This document shows, piece after piece, positions 1-9,700 of a stretch of DNA of 64,000 nt (the first letter of the stretch is position 1; each line of letters starts with the position of its first letter). The notes under the pieces were generated by a model, which was given only the letters and a program-made list of their open reading frames with translations, was not told the DNA's origin and made no database searches. The position numbers and the translations under genes were made by a program. The stretch is from Alphaproteobacteria bacterium (lineage in GTDB: Bacteria > Pseudomonadota > Alphaproteobacteria > Rs-D84). The stretch lies in the NCBI GenBank assembly GCA_031549365.1, contig JAVBPX010000005.1, positions 1-64,000 on the forward strand. The letters are read 5' to 3'.

Positions 1-1
1 A

Positions 2-597
<596 letters not shown>

Positions 598-601
<4 letters not shown>

Positions 602-960
602 GAATAACCCCACTGTTTTTATTGGGAATATTTTTTGTGGGCGCCGTCCATGCGGTCGATGATATCCAGGTTCAGATGTTAAAAAATAGATTGGAAACGC
701 TGCAAGCCGAACGTAATCAAAAAGCGGCCGAATTGCAAAAATGCGAAAAGAACGTCAGAGGGTTCAAAACGGCTGGTATCGCGACGTTATACGCGACGGG
801 TGTTGGAATTGGTGTGAATATCTCACTGGCCAGCGAACTGGCCAAGGGAAACGCGGGTGGCGGTGCGGGTGGTGGTCGTACTGACGCAGCCGCAGACATA
901 CGTAGTCCGGAACAGGTAACGCAAGATAATGCGGATTTATTCGCAGAATTGGGAATTTAA
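598..960 (+). CDS. Secreted coiled-coil protein, paralogue of the upstream gene
   Basis: Signal peptide MRITPLFLLGIFFVGAVHA, coiled coil, then CEKNVRGFKTAGIATLYATGVGIG. ATGA overlap with the upstream stop. Confidence 0.8.
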
Positions 961-994
961 AGAAACAATAAACAAAAACCAAAAGGAGAAAAAC

Positions 995-1597
995 ATGAAA
1001 ACAAAAATGATAATGGGGGCGCTGATTGCGATGACCGCGATTTCTGGCGCGAATGCATATAACCAGGCGGACAAAGACAAGTGTCTGGCCAATCCGGATA
1101 AAGTTGTTTGGATTGAATCCAAAGGCGCTTGTATCCCGGTGAATCCATGCAATAACAGTAAATATGAAGCGTATTGCAACAGAATATTCAAAGATGTTCA
1201 GGTCGCAAATAAATCCAATGCACTAGATCTAATACGGCTATATTCAGAAAAGTTTTTTGGGACACGTTATTGTGATATAGAATCTAAATGGATAGGAAAC
1301 ACTTTGTCCTCCGATGGTACTTTAATTGGCGATGATTATTATGGCTGCAAACTTAACGGAAATTACATTGTATTTCAATTTGATGACGTTTCCGAAAGCA
1401 ATGAAGCGGTAGGTTTTTATGGAATTCACCAGGGTGTATGTCTTGTGTTTGGGGGACAGCCAGATTGGAAATCAATGACTCCTCGGGAATACTTTTGTAC
1501 AGGGGTATCTGAGGCAGACTGCAAACCAGAAATTGGCAGGAAGTATGATGAATCTAATAAAAAATGCACAGGATATATGGGGATGTCTGTAGATTAA
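995..1597 (+). CDS. Cys-rich secreted hypothetical protein
   Basis: AAGGAG RBS before ATG 995, signal peptide ending ANA, 10 Cys in the mature chain. Confidence 0.8.
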   Translation: MKTKMIMGALIAMTAISGANAYNQADKDKCLANPDKVVWIESKGACIPVNPCNNSKYEAYCNRIFKDVQVANKSNALDLIRLYSEKFFGTRYCDIESKWIGNTLSSDGTLIGDDYYGCKLNGNYIVFQFDDVSESNEAVGFYGIHQGVCLVFGGQPDWKSMTPREYFCTGVSEADCKPEIGRKYDESNKKCTGYMGMSVD

Positions 1598-1766
1598 TAA
1601 AAATCCACGGGGTGAAAATCGTTGATTTTTTTACAGTATTTATAATCAGTCCCCTAATTTTGTTTTAACTATTTTTGTATGGGTTCTTCGCCATCAGAAT
1701 ACCACCCACCAGTATTCTGATGTGTCAGATACATATACGTTAAAACCCGCTAAAAAATACTACATT

Positions 1767-1789
1767 AAAACCGGCGATATGCCGGTTTT
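1767..1789. terminator. Bidirectional intrinsic terminator
   Basis: AAAACCGGC-GATAT-GCCGGTTTT between convergent genes. Confidence 0.7.
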
Positions 1790-2033
1790 ATTTTCCTATG
1801 TCTAGAAACTGATAAACTTTGGACCAGATAATTTTTCCAATATTTCTCTTTGGTTTTGGCATTTCGGCATGAATTTGTTTTTCAATTGTTTTAAGCCTTG
1901 CGTATTCCTGTTCGCCCATCGCCCACATTTTCATGACATATTTGCATTCAAAATCACCACCACTTTTAAAATTTGGGCATTGGCGAAATTTCATATTTTC
2001 GTTTTCACCCATACATACTCCGATTAATTTCAT
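1788..2033 (-). CDS. Hypothetical protein, 81 aa, three Cys
   Basis: Translationally coupled (ATGA overlap) to the HAD gene and followed by a terminator. Confidence 0.6.
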   Translation of the reverse strand: MKLIGVCMGENENMKFRQCPNFKSGGDFECKYVMKMWAMGEQEYARLKTIEKQIHAEMPKPKRNIGKIIWSKVYQFLDIGK

Positions 2034-2638
2034 ATTTGTCTCCTTTGTGTTTCTTTTACAATTTTAATTATATCTAAAATGTTTTTGGCAGGTTTAACAT
2101 GCTTGTAATCCATTTTGTCGCCAGCATGTAAATATACATTATTTTCAAACCAAATTGGTTGGGTTACAACACCAGTTGATGCGATAATATTTTTTGGATG
2201 ATCATCAACAAATGCCGTATATTCATAGTGTTCAGAATATTGTTTTAATAATGTTGATTTACATGAACCTCCGACACAGTTAATATCAGAAAATATATTT
2301 TTACCGAATACCTGTTCAATATTTTTAATACGCTTGTCCCGCACAGAGTCAGATGCCGCAGTTAAAATATGTAAATCAAAATCACGTTTTAATTTATTTA
2401 CAACCAATCTGGATCCTGGCAATGGTTTTAAATTTTCAAAAACATCAGATAATTCAAATATTTTTCCGAATTCCATATATTTGAATGGATTACGCTCGTA
2501 ATCTTTGACTATGTCAATCCAAGAATCCCCAACCAACTTCATTCCGTAGTGCTTTTCATACATATCTTTCATAGCCGTCCACATATCCAACAACACTCCG
2601 TCAACATCAAAAATTATGGCACCTGAATTATTTTTCAT
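2030..2638 (-). CDS. HAD-family phosphatase, 5'(3')-nucleotidase-like
   Basis: Motif I FDVDGVL, motif II LT, Lys in motif III, motif IV FVDDHPKN. Confidence 0.85.
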   Translation of the reverse strand: MKNNSGAIIFDVDGVLLDMWTAMKDMYEKHYGMKLVGDSWIDIVKDYERNPFKYMEFGKIFELSDVFENLKPLPGSRLVVNKLKRDFDLHILTAASDSVRDKRIKNIEQVFGKNIFSDINCVGGSCKSTLLKQYSEHYEYTAFVDDHPKNIIASTGVVTQPIWFENNVYLHAGDKMDYKHVKPAKNILDIIKIVKETQRRQI

Positions 2639-2641
2639 ATT

Positions 2642-3331
2642 TTATTTTCCCAAATATTTTTTTGTATAATTTTCAGTTATTTTAAATTTTGTTTTATCAT
2701 CAAATTTCATTGGATTTTTACCATTTAAAAACGCCAAACGATTTAACCATATTACAAAATTTGAATCCATTTCTACAATTTTTTCGTCCGCCGAGCTGCG
2801 GATTACAAAATCAATATTAATTCCCAAATCGGCATAATCGGATGGAATAACCTTTTTAAGCCTGACAGACATGTCGGATTCGGATACAGCGGAACGTTCA
2901 GAAATTGTTTTGGACGGATCGACAGACGGAACAAAATACAAAACATACATATCATAATTTAATCCACGGGACTTGACCCAATTCCACATTTGTTTTAGGT
3001 ATTTGGCCTCGTTCACATCGTAAATCATGTTTTTGCCGATATTTTTCATGAATTCCGATTCGGATACGCCATATAACCATTTATCCCCATTCGGCAATGG
3101 TTTTTCCATATCCAACCAAGTACACATTTTACCGCGACGTGCATTGAAATCGGATTCGCGGCATTTTATATAATGAACCCCGTCAATTTCGCCAGCGCGC
3201 AAACCCCGTGTGGTCATGGATAATAAAAAATTAAATAACCCGGTTTGCATCAAAATATTATTGCGAACGAATTCCTTGCCCGAACCGGACGGACCCGTAT
3301 TAAATAATAAAATTGGATTGGGCTTGCCCAT
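2642..3331 (-). CDS. Divergent guanylate kinase-like NMP kinase
   Basis: P-loop GPSGSGK and Gmk motifs SMTTR..RAGEIDGVHY and LYG. Confidence 0.75.
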   Translation of the reverse strand: MGKPNPILLFNTGPSGSGKEFVRNNILMQTGLFNFLLSMTTRGLRAGEIDGVHYIKCRESDFNARRGKMCTWLDMEKPLPNGDKWLYGVSESEFMKNIGKNMIYDVNEAKYLKQMWNWVKSRGLNYDMYVLYFVPSVDPSKTISERSAVSESDMSVRLKKVIPSDYADLGINIDFVIRSSADEKIVEMDSNFVIWLNRLAFLNGKNPMKFDDKTKFKITENYTKKYLGK

Positions 3332-3553
3332 TTTTGTGCCTCTTTGCGCTTTTCCCAATCCCCTACTCCCTATATCCTTGGGATTATGGGATTAAATTCG
3401 GGACCAAGTCAACCCAATATTCAAAAAAATTGCAAAAACGCGAAATAATTGCTTGATTTGATTAATGAAATACACTAGTATAAGGCGGCTAGTCGAAAAA
3501 ATTGCTTGCATTTTCAGAATCATGTGCTATTTTGCGCATGCGCTGGACCATAT

Positions 3554-3629
3554 AGGGGTGTAGCTCAGCTGGTAGAGCAGCGGTCTCCAAAACCGCGTGT
3601 CGGGGGTTCGATTCCTCTCGCCCCTGCCA
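3554..3629 (+). tRNA. trnW: tRNA-Trp (CCA)
   Basis: 76-nt cloverleaf, anticodon loop CTCCAAA, GGTTCGATTCC T-arm, encoded CCA, located before secE. Confidence 0.97.
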
Positions 3630-3673
3630 GAATCTGGCCCCAATGAAAACGCAGCAAAACCGCGGGATTAAAC

Positions 3674-3853
3674 ATGAAATCAATCATTCAATTTTTCAAA
3701 GGTGTTCGCGCCGAAGGCAAAAAAGTTATATGGCCTACACGCGATACAGTGATTCGTTCCACAATTATGATTTTGGTTGCGGCCGGTCTGGTTTCGCTGT
3801 TTTTATTTTCGATTGATCAGTTACTCAGCCTGATCGTCGGCTGGATTTTTTAA
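3674..3853 (+). CDS. secE: Preprotein translocase subunit SecE (59 aa, missing from the ORF track)
   Basis: Manual translation MKSIIQFFKGVRAEGKKVIWPTRD...: E-x-K-K-V-x-W-P motif plus one TM helix, between trnW and nusG. Confidence 0.95.
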   Translation: MKSIIQFFKGVRAEGKKVIWPTRDTVIRSTIMILVAAGLVSLFLFSIDQLLSLIVGWIF

Positions 3854-3881
3854 CGCAATTTAAAACAAAAGGGAACCTGGT

Positions 3882-4415
3882 ATGACAACTAATTCGTTTC
3901 AATGGTATGTTTTACATGTACATTCGTCCTGTGAAAAGAAGGTTATGGACGCTTTGCGTGAAAAAATTGAATCGTCCAAAATGAACGCTATGTTCGGCGA
4001 CATATTGATCCCAACCCGCGAAGTGATCGAAGTCAAAGCAGGCAAACGCGTTAAATCGGACAAAAAGTTTTTCCCAGGTTACATCGTCATTCAAATGATT
4101 ATGAGCGATGAAACATTTTCATTGGTTCGTTCAATCCCACGCGTAATGGGATTTTTGGGATCGAAAAACAAACCAACAGCAATTTCCGAAGAAGAAGCAA
4201 AACGCTTGTTACACCAAATCGAAGAAGGCGGCGTTGCTTCGGATACTACATTTGAAGTCGGCCAAGAAGTTCGTGTAATCGACGGACCTTTTGCCAATTT
4301 CAACGGTGTTGTGGTGGAAGCCGACAACACAAAAATGCGTTTAAAAGTTACAATTATTGTATTTGGACGCGAAACATCCGTTGATTTAGAATTTTCACAG
4401 GTTGAAAAAGTTTAA
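3882..4415 (+). CDS. nusG: Transcription termination/antitermination factor NusG
   Basis: WYVLHV, FFPGY, KOW motif VIDGPFANFNG, FGRET. Confidence 0.98.
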   Translation: MTTNSFQWYVLHVHSSCEKKVMDALREKIESSKMNAMFGDILIPTREVIEVKAGKRVKSDKKFFPGYIVIQMIMSDETFSLVRSIPRVMGFLGSKNKPTAISEEEAKRLLHQIEEGGVASDTTFEVGQEVRVIDGPFANFNGVVVEADNTKMRLKVTIIVFGRETSVDLEFSQVEKV

Positions 4416-4430
4416 TAACGGATAAAAAAT

Positions 4431-4460
4431 CTGTGGAAGATGCGCCACATTGCACCACAG
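4431..4460 (+). promoter_or_regulatory. Hairpin upstream of rplK, possible L1 autoregulatory site
   Basis: CTGTGG...CCACAG stem with an internal purine-rich loop, 35 nt before rplK. The function is inferred from position. Confidence 0.4.
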
Positions 4461-4494
4461 TCTTCTAACTCACTTATAATCATAGGAGTGAAAA

Positions 4495-4923
4495 ATGGCA
4501 AAAGAAATCAAAGGATACGTCAAATTGACCATTCCTGCGGCCAAAGCGAATCCGGCCCCTCCGGTTGGACCAGCGTTGGGTCAACAAGGATTAAACATCC
4601 AAGAATTTTGTAAACAATTTAATGATGCAACAAAAGATATGGAACCGGGCACACCAACTCCGGTTGTTATCACTGCATACACAGACAGAACGTTTGATTT
4701 TATCATGCGTTTGCCTCCTGTCAGCTATTTCATTAAAAAAGCATTGAATGCAAAAAAAGGCGGTGCAAAACCGGGTCGCGAATCAATCGGCACATTAACA
4801 TCCGCCCAGATTCGTAAAATTGCTGAAACAAAAATGCCTGATTTAAATTGCTCGGACGTCGAAGCCGCGATGAACATCGTTGCTGGACAATGCCGTTCGA
4901 TGGGCGTCAAGGTCGAGGGGTAA
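4495..4923 (+). CDS. rplK: 50S ribosomal protein L11
   Basis: ANPAPPVGPALGQQGLNIQEFCKQFN. Confidence 0.99.
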   Translation: MAKEIKGYVKLTIPAAKANPAPPVGPALGQQGLNIQEFCKQFNDATKDMEPGTPTPVVITAYTDRTFDFIMRLPPVSYFIKKALNAKKGGAKPGRESIGTLTSAQIRKIAETKMPDLNCSDVEAAMNIVAGQCRSMGVKVEG

Positions 4924-4927
4924 TATC

Positions 4928-5614
4928 ATGACATTTATTTCTAAAAAACAAAAAGTTCGTAATGCATCAATGGATAAAACCAAAGTATACGCTTTGAACG
5001 AAGCATTGGAAATTTTAAAACAAAACGCATCCAAAAAATTTGATGAATCTGTCGAAGTTTCATTCAATTTGGGCATCGATGTAACCAAGGCAGATCAAAA
5101 CATTCGTGGAATGTTGTCATTGCCACACGGAACTGGAAAAACTGTTAAAATCGCAGTATTCACCAAAGACAAAGCGGACGAAGCCAAAAAGGCCGGCGCA
5201 GATGTTGTTGGAGATACCGATTTAATCGACAAAGTTGCCGGCGGCTTCTTGGATTTCGATCGCGTTATCGCAACACCTGATATGATGCCTGCATTATCCA
5301 AAGTTGCCCGTATTTTGGGACCAAAAGGTTTAATGCCAAATCCAAAATTGGGAACTGTTACAAACAATGTAGCTGATGCAATCAAAATGGCCAAAGCTGG
5401 GCAGATTGAATACCGTGCAGAGAAAAAAGGTATCATTCATGCCGGTATTGGCAAAATGTCATTCAAATCCGAACAATTGGCCGAAAATATTTTGGCATTG
5501 TTGGACACATTAAAAAAGGCGAAACCAGCAACATCCAAAGGTCAATACATTTTGGGCATGGCTGTATCGTCAACACAAGGACCTGGATTGAAAATAGACT
5601 ATAAAAGTCTGTAA
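4928..5614 (+). CDS. rplA: 50S ribosomal protein L1
   Basis: KFDESVE, LPHGTGK, LGPKGLMPNPKLGTV. ATG 4928 follows the rplK stop. Confidence 0.99.
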   Translation: MTFISKKQKVRNASMDKTKVYALNEALEILKQNASKKFDESVEVSFNLGIDVTKADQNIRGMLSLPHGTGKTVKIAVFTKDKADEAKKAGADVVGDTDLIDKVAGGFLDFDRVIATPDMMPALSKVARILGPKGLMPNPKLGTVTNNVADAIKMAKAGQIEYRAEKKGIIHAGIGKMSFKSEQLAENILALLDTLKKAKPATSKGQYILGMAVSSTQGPGLKIDYKSL

Positions 5615-5624
5615 TCAATCCAAC

Positions 5625-5718
5625 TCTGTCCAAGACGGTGGGCGACGGAAACGTCTTAAAAATCTCAGCCAACCATAGACACGAGAGCGTAAATTTAAAT
5701 GTCCGCTCTTGGGACAGA
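5625..5718 (+). promoter_or_regulatory. L10 (rplJ) leader RNA
   Basis: TCTGTCCAAGAC...TAA...CCATAGAC...GGACAGA matches the proteobacterial L10-binding leader layout; lies in the rplA-rplJ spacer. Confidence 0.7.
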
Positions 5719-5814
5719 AACCAAGACCCCGGTTTGGGAAAAACCAATCCGGGAAATTAACAAAGTGGGTGCGATGAATTTTAATTTATCAATCCCCCAG
5801 GCGGAGAAAAGACT

Positions 5815-6291
5815 ATGAAACGTCAAGAAAAGGAAACCCTGGTTTCGGCGTTGCGTGATCAAGTTACACAAAGTTCTGGTTTATTCGTTATCGTTAATAA
5901 CGGATTAACTGTTTCCGAAATGGAAGAATTGCGTCGTAATTTGAAACCATCGACAAACATGTTCCGGGTTACCAAGAACAGACTCATGAAACTTGCTCTG
6001 AAATCAACAAATTTTGAAACAATCACTGATTTGTTCCATAAACCAACAGCTGTTGTATTTTCAAACGATTCTTTGGCAACAACCAAAGCATTGGCGAAAT
6101 TCGCAGAAAAACATCCAAATTTGGAAATTGTTGGCGGATCAATGGGTGCCGAATTAATTGATTCAGCAGGCGTTATGACTTTATCAAAACTCCCATCTCA
6201 GGCAGAAATCCGTGGCACTATTGCTCGTATCTTGGTCGAACCAGGATCACGCATTGCACGCGTATTAAATGCTTATGGGACAGCCGCTTAA
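5815..6291 (+). CDS. rplJ: 50S ribosomal protein L10
   Basis: GLTV..MEELR, VTKNRL, LSKLPS; operon position. Confidence 0.97.
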   Translation: MKRQEKETLVSALRDQVTQSSGLFVIVNNGLTVSEMEELRRNLKPSTNMFRVTKNRLMKLALKSTNFETITDLFHKPTAVVFSNDSLATTKALAKFAEKHPNLEIVGGSMGAELIDSAGVMTLSKLPSQAEIRGTIARILVEPGSRIARVLNAYGTAA

Positions 6292-6320
6292 CCGTGTTTT
6301 AAAACAAGAGGAGACACATT

Positions 6321-6683
6321 ATGGCAAATATCGAAAAATTAATTGAACAATTGTCCGAATTAACTGTTTTGGAAGCTGTTGAATTATCAAAACAATTGGA
6401 AGAAAAATGGGGCGTCAGCGCCGCTGCACCTGTTGCAGTTGCTGCTGGTCCTGCTGCTGCCGAAGAAGTCAAAGACAGCTTTGACGTTATCTTGGCTGAT
6501 GCCGGCGCAAACAAAATCGCAGTGATCAAAGAAGTTCGCGCGATCACAGGTTTGGGCTTGCCAGAATCCAAAGCTTTTGTTGAATCCGCTCCAAAAGCTG
6601 TTAAAGAAAAAGTAAAGAAAGAAGAAGCCGAAGCTTTGAAAGCACAATTAGAAGCAGCTGGCGCAAAAGTTGAACTGAAATAA
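6321..6683 (+). CDS. rplL: 50S ribosomal protein L7/L12
   Basis: [23 protein letters not shown] and [16 protein letters not shown]. Confidence 0.99.
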   Translation: MANIEKLIEQLSELTVLEAVELSKQLEEKWGVSAAAPVAVAAGPAAAEEVKDSFDVILADAGANKIAVIKEVRAITGLGLPESKAFVESAPKAVKEKVKKEEAEALKAQLEAAGAKVELK

Positions 6684-6697
6684 GTTCGATTTTATTG

Positions 6698-6749
6698 GTC
6701 TCAGGCCCAAGACTTTTGGGTCTGAGATTTTGGCGTATAAAAGCGCCAC
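6698..6749 (+). promoter_or_regulatory. Two hairpins in the rplL-rpoB spacer (attenuator or processing site)
   Basis: GGTCTCAGGCCCAAG/TTTGGGTCTGAGATT and TGGCG/CGCCA stems. Confidence 0.45.
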
Positions 6750-6781
6750 ATATTTAATAGAGATAACAAGGGGAACCCGCG

Positions 6782-9700
6782 ATGGCGATGATACACAGAA
6801 TCAGAAAAAATTTTGGACGCAGCTTTTTGTCAGCACCTCTGCCTAATTTAATCGAATTACAAGAAAAATCATACGCTGATTTTTTACAGGCAGACATTGC
6901 ACCAGAAAACCGCAAAGACAGTGGTTTGCAAAATGTATTCAAATCAATGTTCCCAATTCACGATTATGCTGGATTGGCGGATTTGGAATTTATTGAATAC
7001 CATTTGGATGAACCAAATTACACGGTAGAAGAATGCATGGTTCGCAATATGACATATTCCACCAGATTACGTTTGAAATTACGTTTGATCTTGTGGGAAA
7101 TTGATGCGACAACTGGCGCCAAGAGCCTCCGCGATATCAAAGACCAAGAAATTTTTATGGGCGATATCCCATTAATGACAAACCGTGGAACATTTATTTC
7201 CAATGGTTTTGAACGCGTTATTATTTCACAAATGCACCGATCCCCTGGTGTTGTGTATTCAACGGCTCGTTCTACACACGCAAATACCGACCAATTGCTG
7301 TATACTGCACGTATAATACCTGAACGCGGCAGCTGGATTGATTTCGAATTAGACCACAAAGATGTAATTTATGTTCGTATTGACCGCAAACGCAAAGTGC
7401 CTGCCACTGTATTATTGCGCGCATTGCCTGCGAAATCTGACGAATCGGCATTTAACAAAGATCCAAAACACGCACGCATTTCAGGCATGAATAATGCTGA
7501 AATTTTATCAAACTTCTATTCCGCAATTAATTTGGAATGGGATGGCAAACAATGGATTGGCGATTTATCCGTATTTTCAAACTTTCCAAATTTCCGTTTG
7601 GGTTATGATTTGTTGGATCCAAAATCTAAAAAAATCATCGCTGCAAAATCCGATCGCTTGAACCCACGCAAGGTTGAAAAATTATTGCAATCACACAAAC
7701 AATTTGCGTTGACCCCAGAATCATTGTTGGGCGAATTTTTGTTCGACAATATAATGGATGAAAAATCAGGCGAGGCATTGTTCCCATCGTGCACTGAAAT
7801 CACCGAAGAATTAATTCGCGATTTCACAAAATTAAATGTGAAAAAATTGTCATTGATTTCAATTGACCACATTAATTATGGCGCACATGTTCGTAACACT
7901 TTGGTTGCCGATCATACCGATTCACGCGACGCCGCATTGATTGAATTGTATAACGTTATCCGTCCAGGCGAACGTCCAACCGTTGAATCTGCGATGAATT
8001 TGTTCACACACATTGTATGCGATCCTGCGTATTATGATTTGTCCGCTGTTGGCCGCTTTAAAATGAACACACGTTTGCAAATCAAAAGCACAAAAAAACC
8101 CGAAGAAGAACGCATTTTAACCAAAAATGATATTTTGCGCACATTACAAGTTTTGGCCAACATCAAAGACGGCAAAGACAGCGTTGATGATATCGACCAT
8201 TTGGGAAATCGTCGCGTTCGCGCCGTTGGCGAATTATTGGAAAATCAATTCCGCATTGGTTTGACGCGAATCGAAAGATTGACACGCGAACAATTGTCTT
8301 CTCCAAACATTTCGACATTAATGCCCCAAGATGTAATGAATGCAAAACCATTGATTTCTTTGATTACAGAATTCTTTGGTTCTTCGCAATTATCGCAATT
8401 TATGGACCAAGAAAATCCATTGGCTGAATTGGAAAACAAACGTTTAATCACAGCATTGGGACCCGGCGGGTTACATCGTGAACGCGCATCATTGGATGTT
8501 CGCGACGTTCACCCAACTCATTATGGACGTATTTGCCCAATTCAAACACCCGAAGGCGCAAATATCGGATTGATTAACCATTTGTCAGTTTATGCACGCG
8601 TAAATCCTTATGGATTTATTGAAACACCATATCGCGTTGTTAAAAAAGGCAAAGTCACAGACGAAGTTATTTATTTAACTGCATCCGAAGAAGCTGGACA
8701 CAAAATCGCCCAGGGTAACACACCATTAAATAACAAAGGCGAATTTGTAGAAGAAAACGTTACAGCACGTATCGATGGCGAATTTGACATGGTTGATGCA
8801 TCTGAAATTGATTTAATCGATTATTCACCAAAACAAATTGTATCATTATCAACAGGATTAATTCCGTTCGTTGAAAACGACGACGCTAATCGCGCTTTGA
8901 TGGGATCCAACATGCAACGCCAAGGTGTTCCATTAATCCGTTCTGACGCACCATTTGTTGGAACAGGAATTGAACGCGAAGTCGCACGCGATTCACGCAG
9001 CGTTGAAATCGCATTACATTCCGGAGTTGTTGAATCTGTGGACGCAAACCGCATCGTTATTAAAAATGTAAATTCACGTGGAGTTGTAACAGGTGTTGAT
9101 ATTTATAACTTGTTAAAATTTGCACGTTCGAACCAAGAAACTTTGATCCACCAAAAACCATTGGTAAAAATTGGCGACAAAGTATCCGCTGGCGATATCA
9201 TTGCCGACGGTGCGTCGACTGACCATGGTGAATTGGCATTGGGCCGCAACGTATTGGTCGCATTTATGCCATGGCGCGGATATAATTACGAAGACTCTAT
9301 TGTTATTTCCGAACGCATTGCACGTGATGACGTATTTACATCAATTCACATCAAGGAATATTCTTTCCGCGCCCAAGATACCCAATTGGGGCCAGAAGCA
9401 TTCACACGTGATATTCCAAACGTATCCGAAGACGCCCTGAAAAACTTGGACGAATCCGGAATCATTTATATCGGCGCACATGTTAAAGCAGGCGACATTT
9501 TGGTTGGTAAAGTTTCACCAAAATCTGAAACTTTGTTGACCCCAGAAGAAAACTTGTTGCGTAACATCTTTGGCGAAAAAGCATTGAATGTAAAAGACAC
9601 ATCATTGCGCGTAAACCCTGGCGACGAAGGTATCGTTGTTGGTGTTACAATTTTATCACGCCACGGTGTTGCCAAAGACGAACGTTCACAAATGATTGAA

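Noticed and set aside
3489-3683. Short ORFs over tRNA genes (also 31413-31638 and 41081-41413) and antisense ORFs inside rpoBC, ileS, valS and similar genes
   Set aside because: They are shadow frames of tRNAs or of codon-biased genes and show no independent coding signal.
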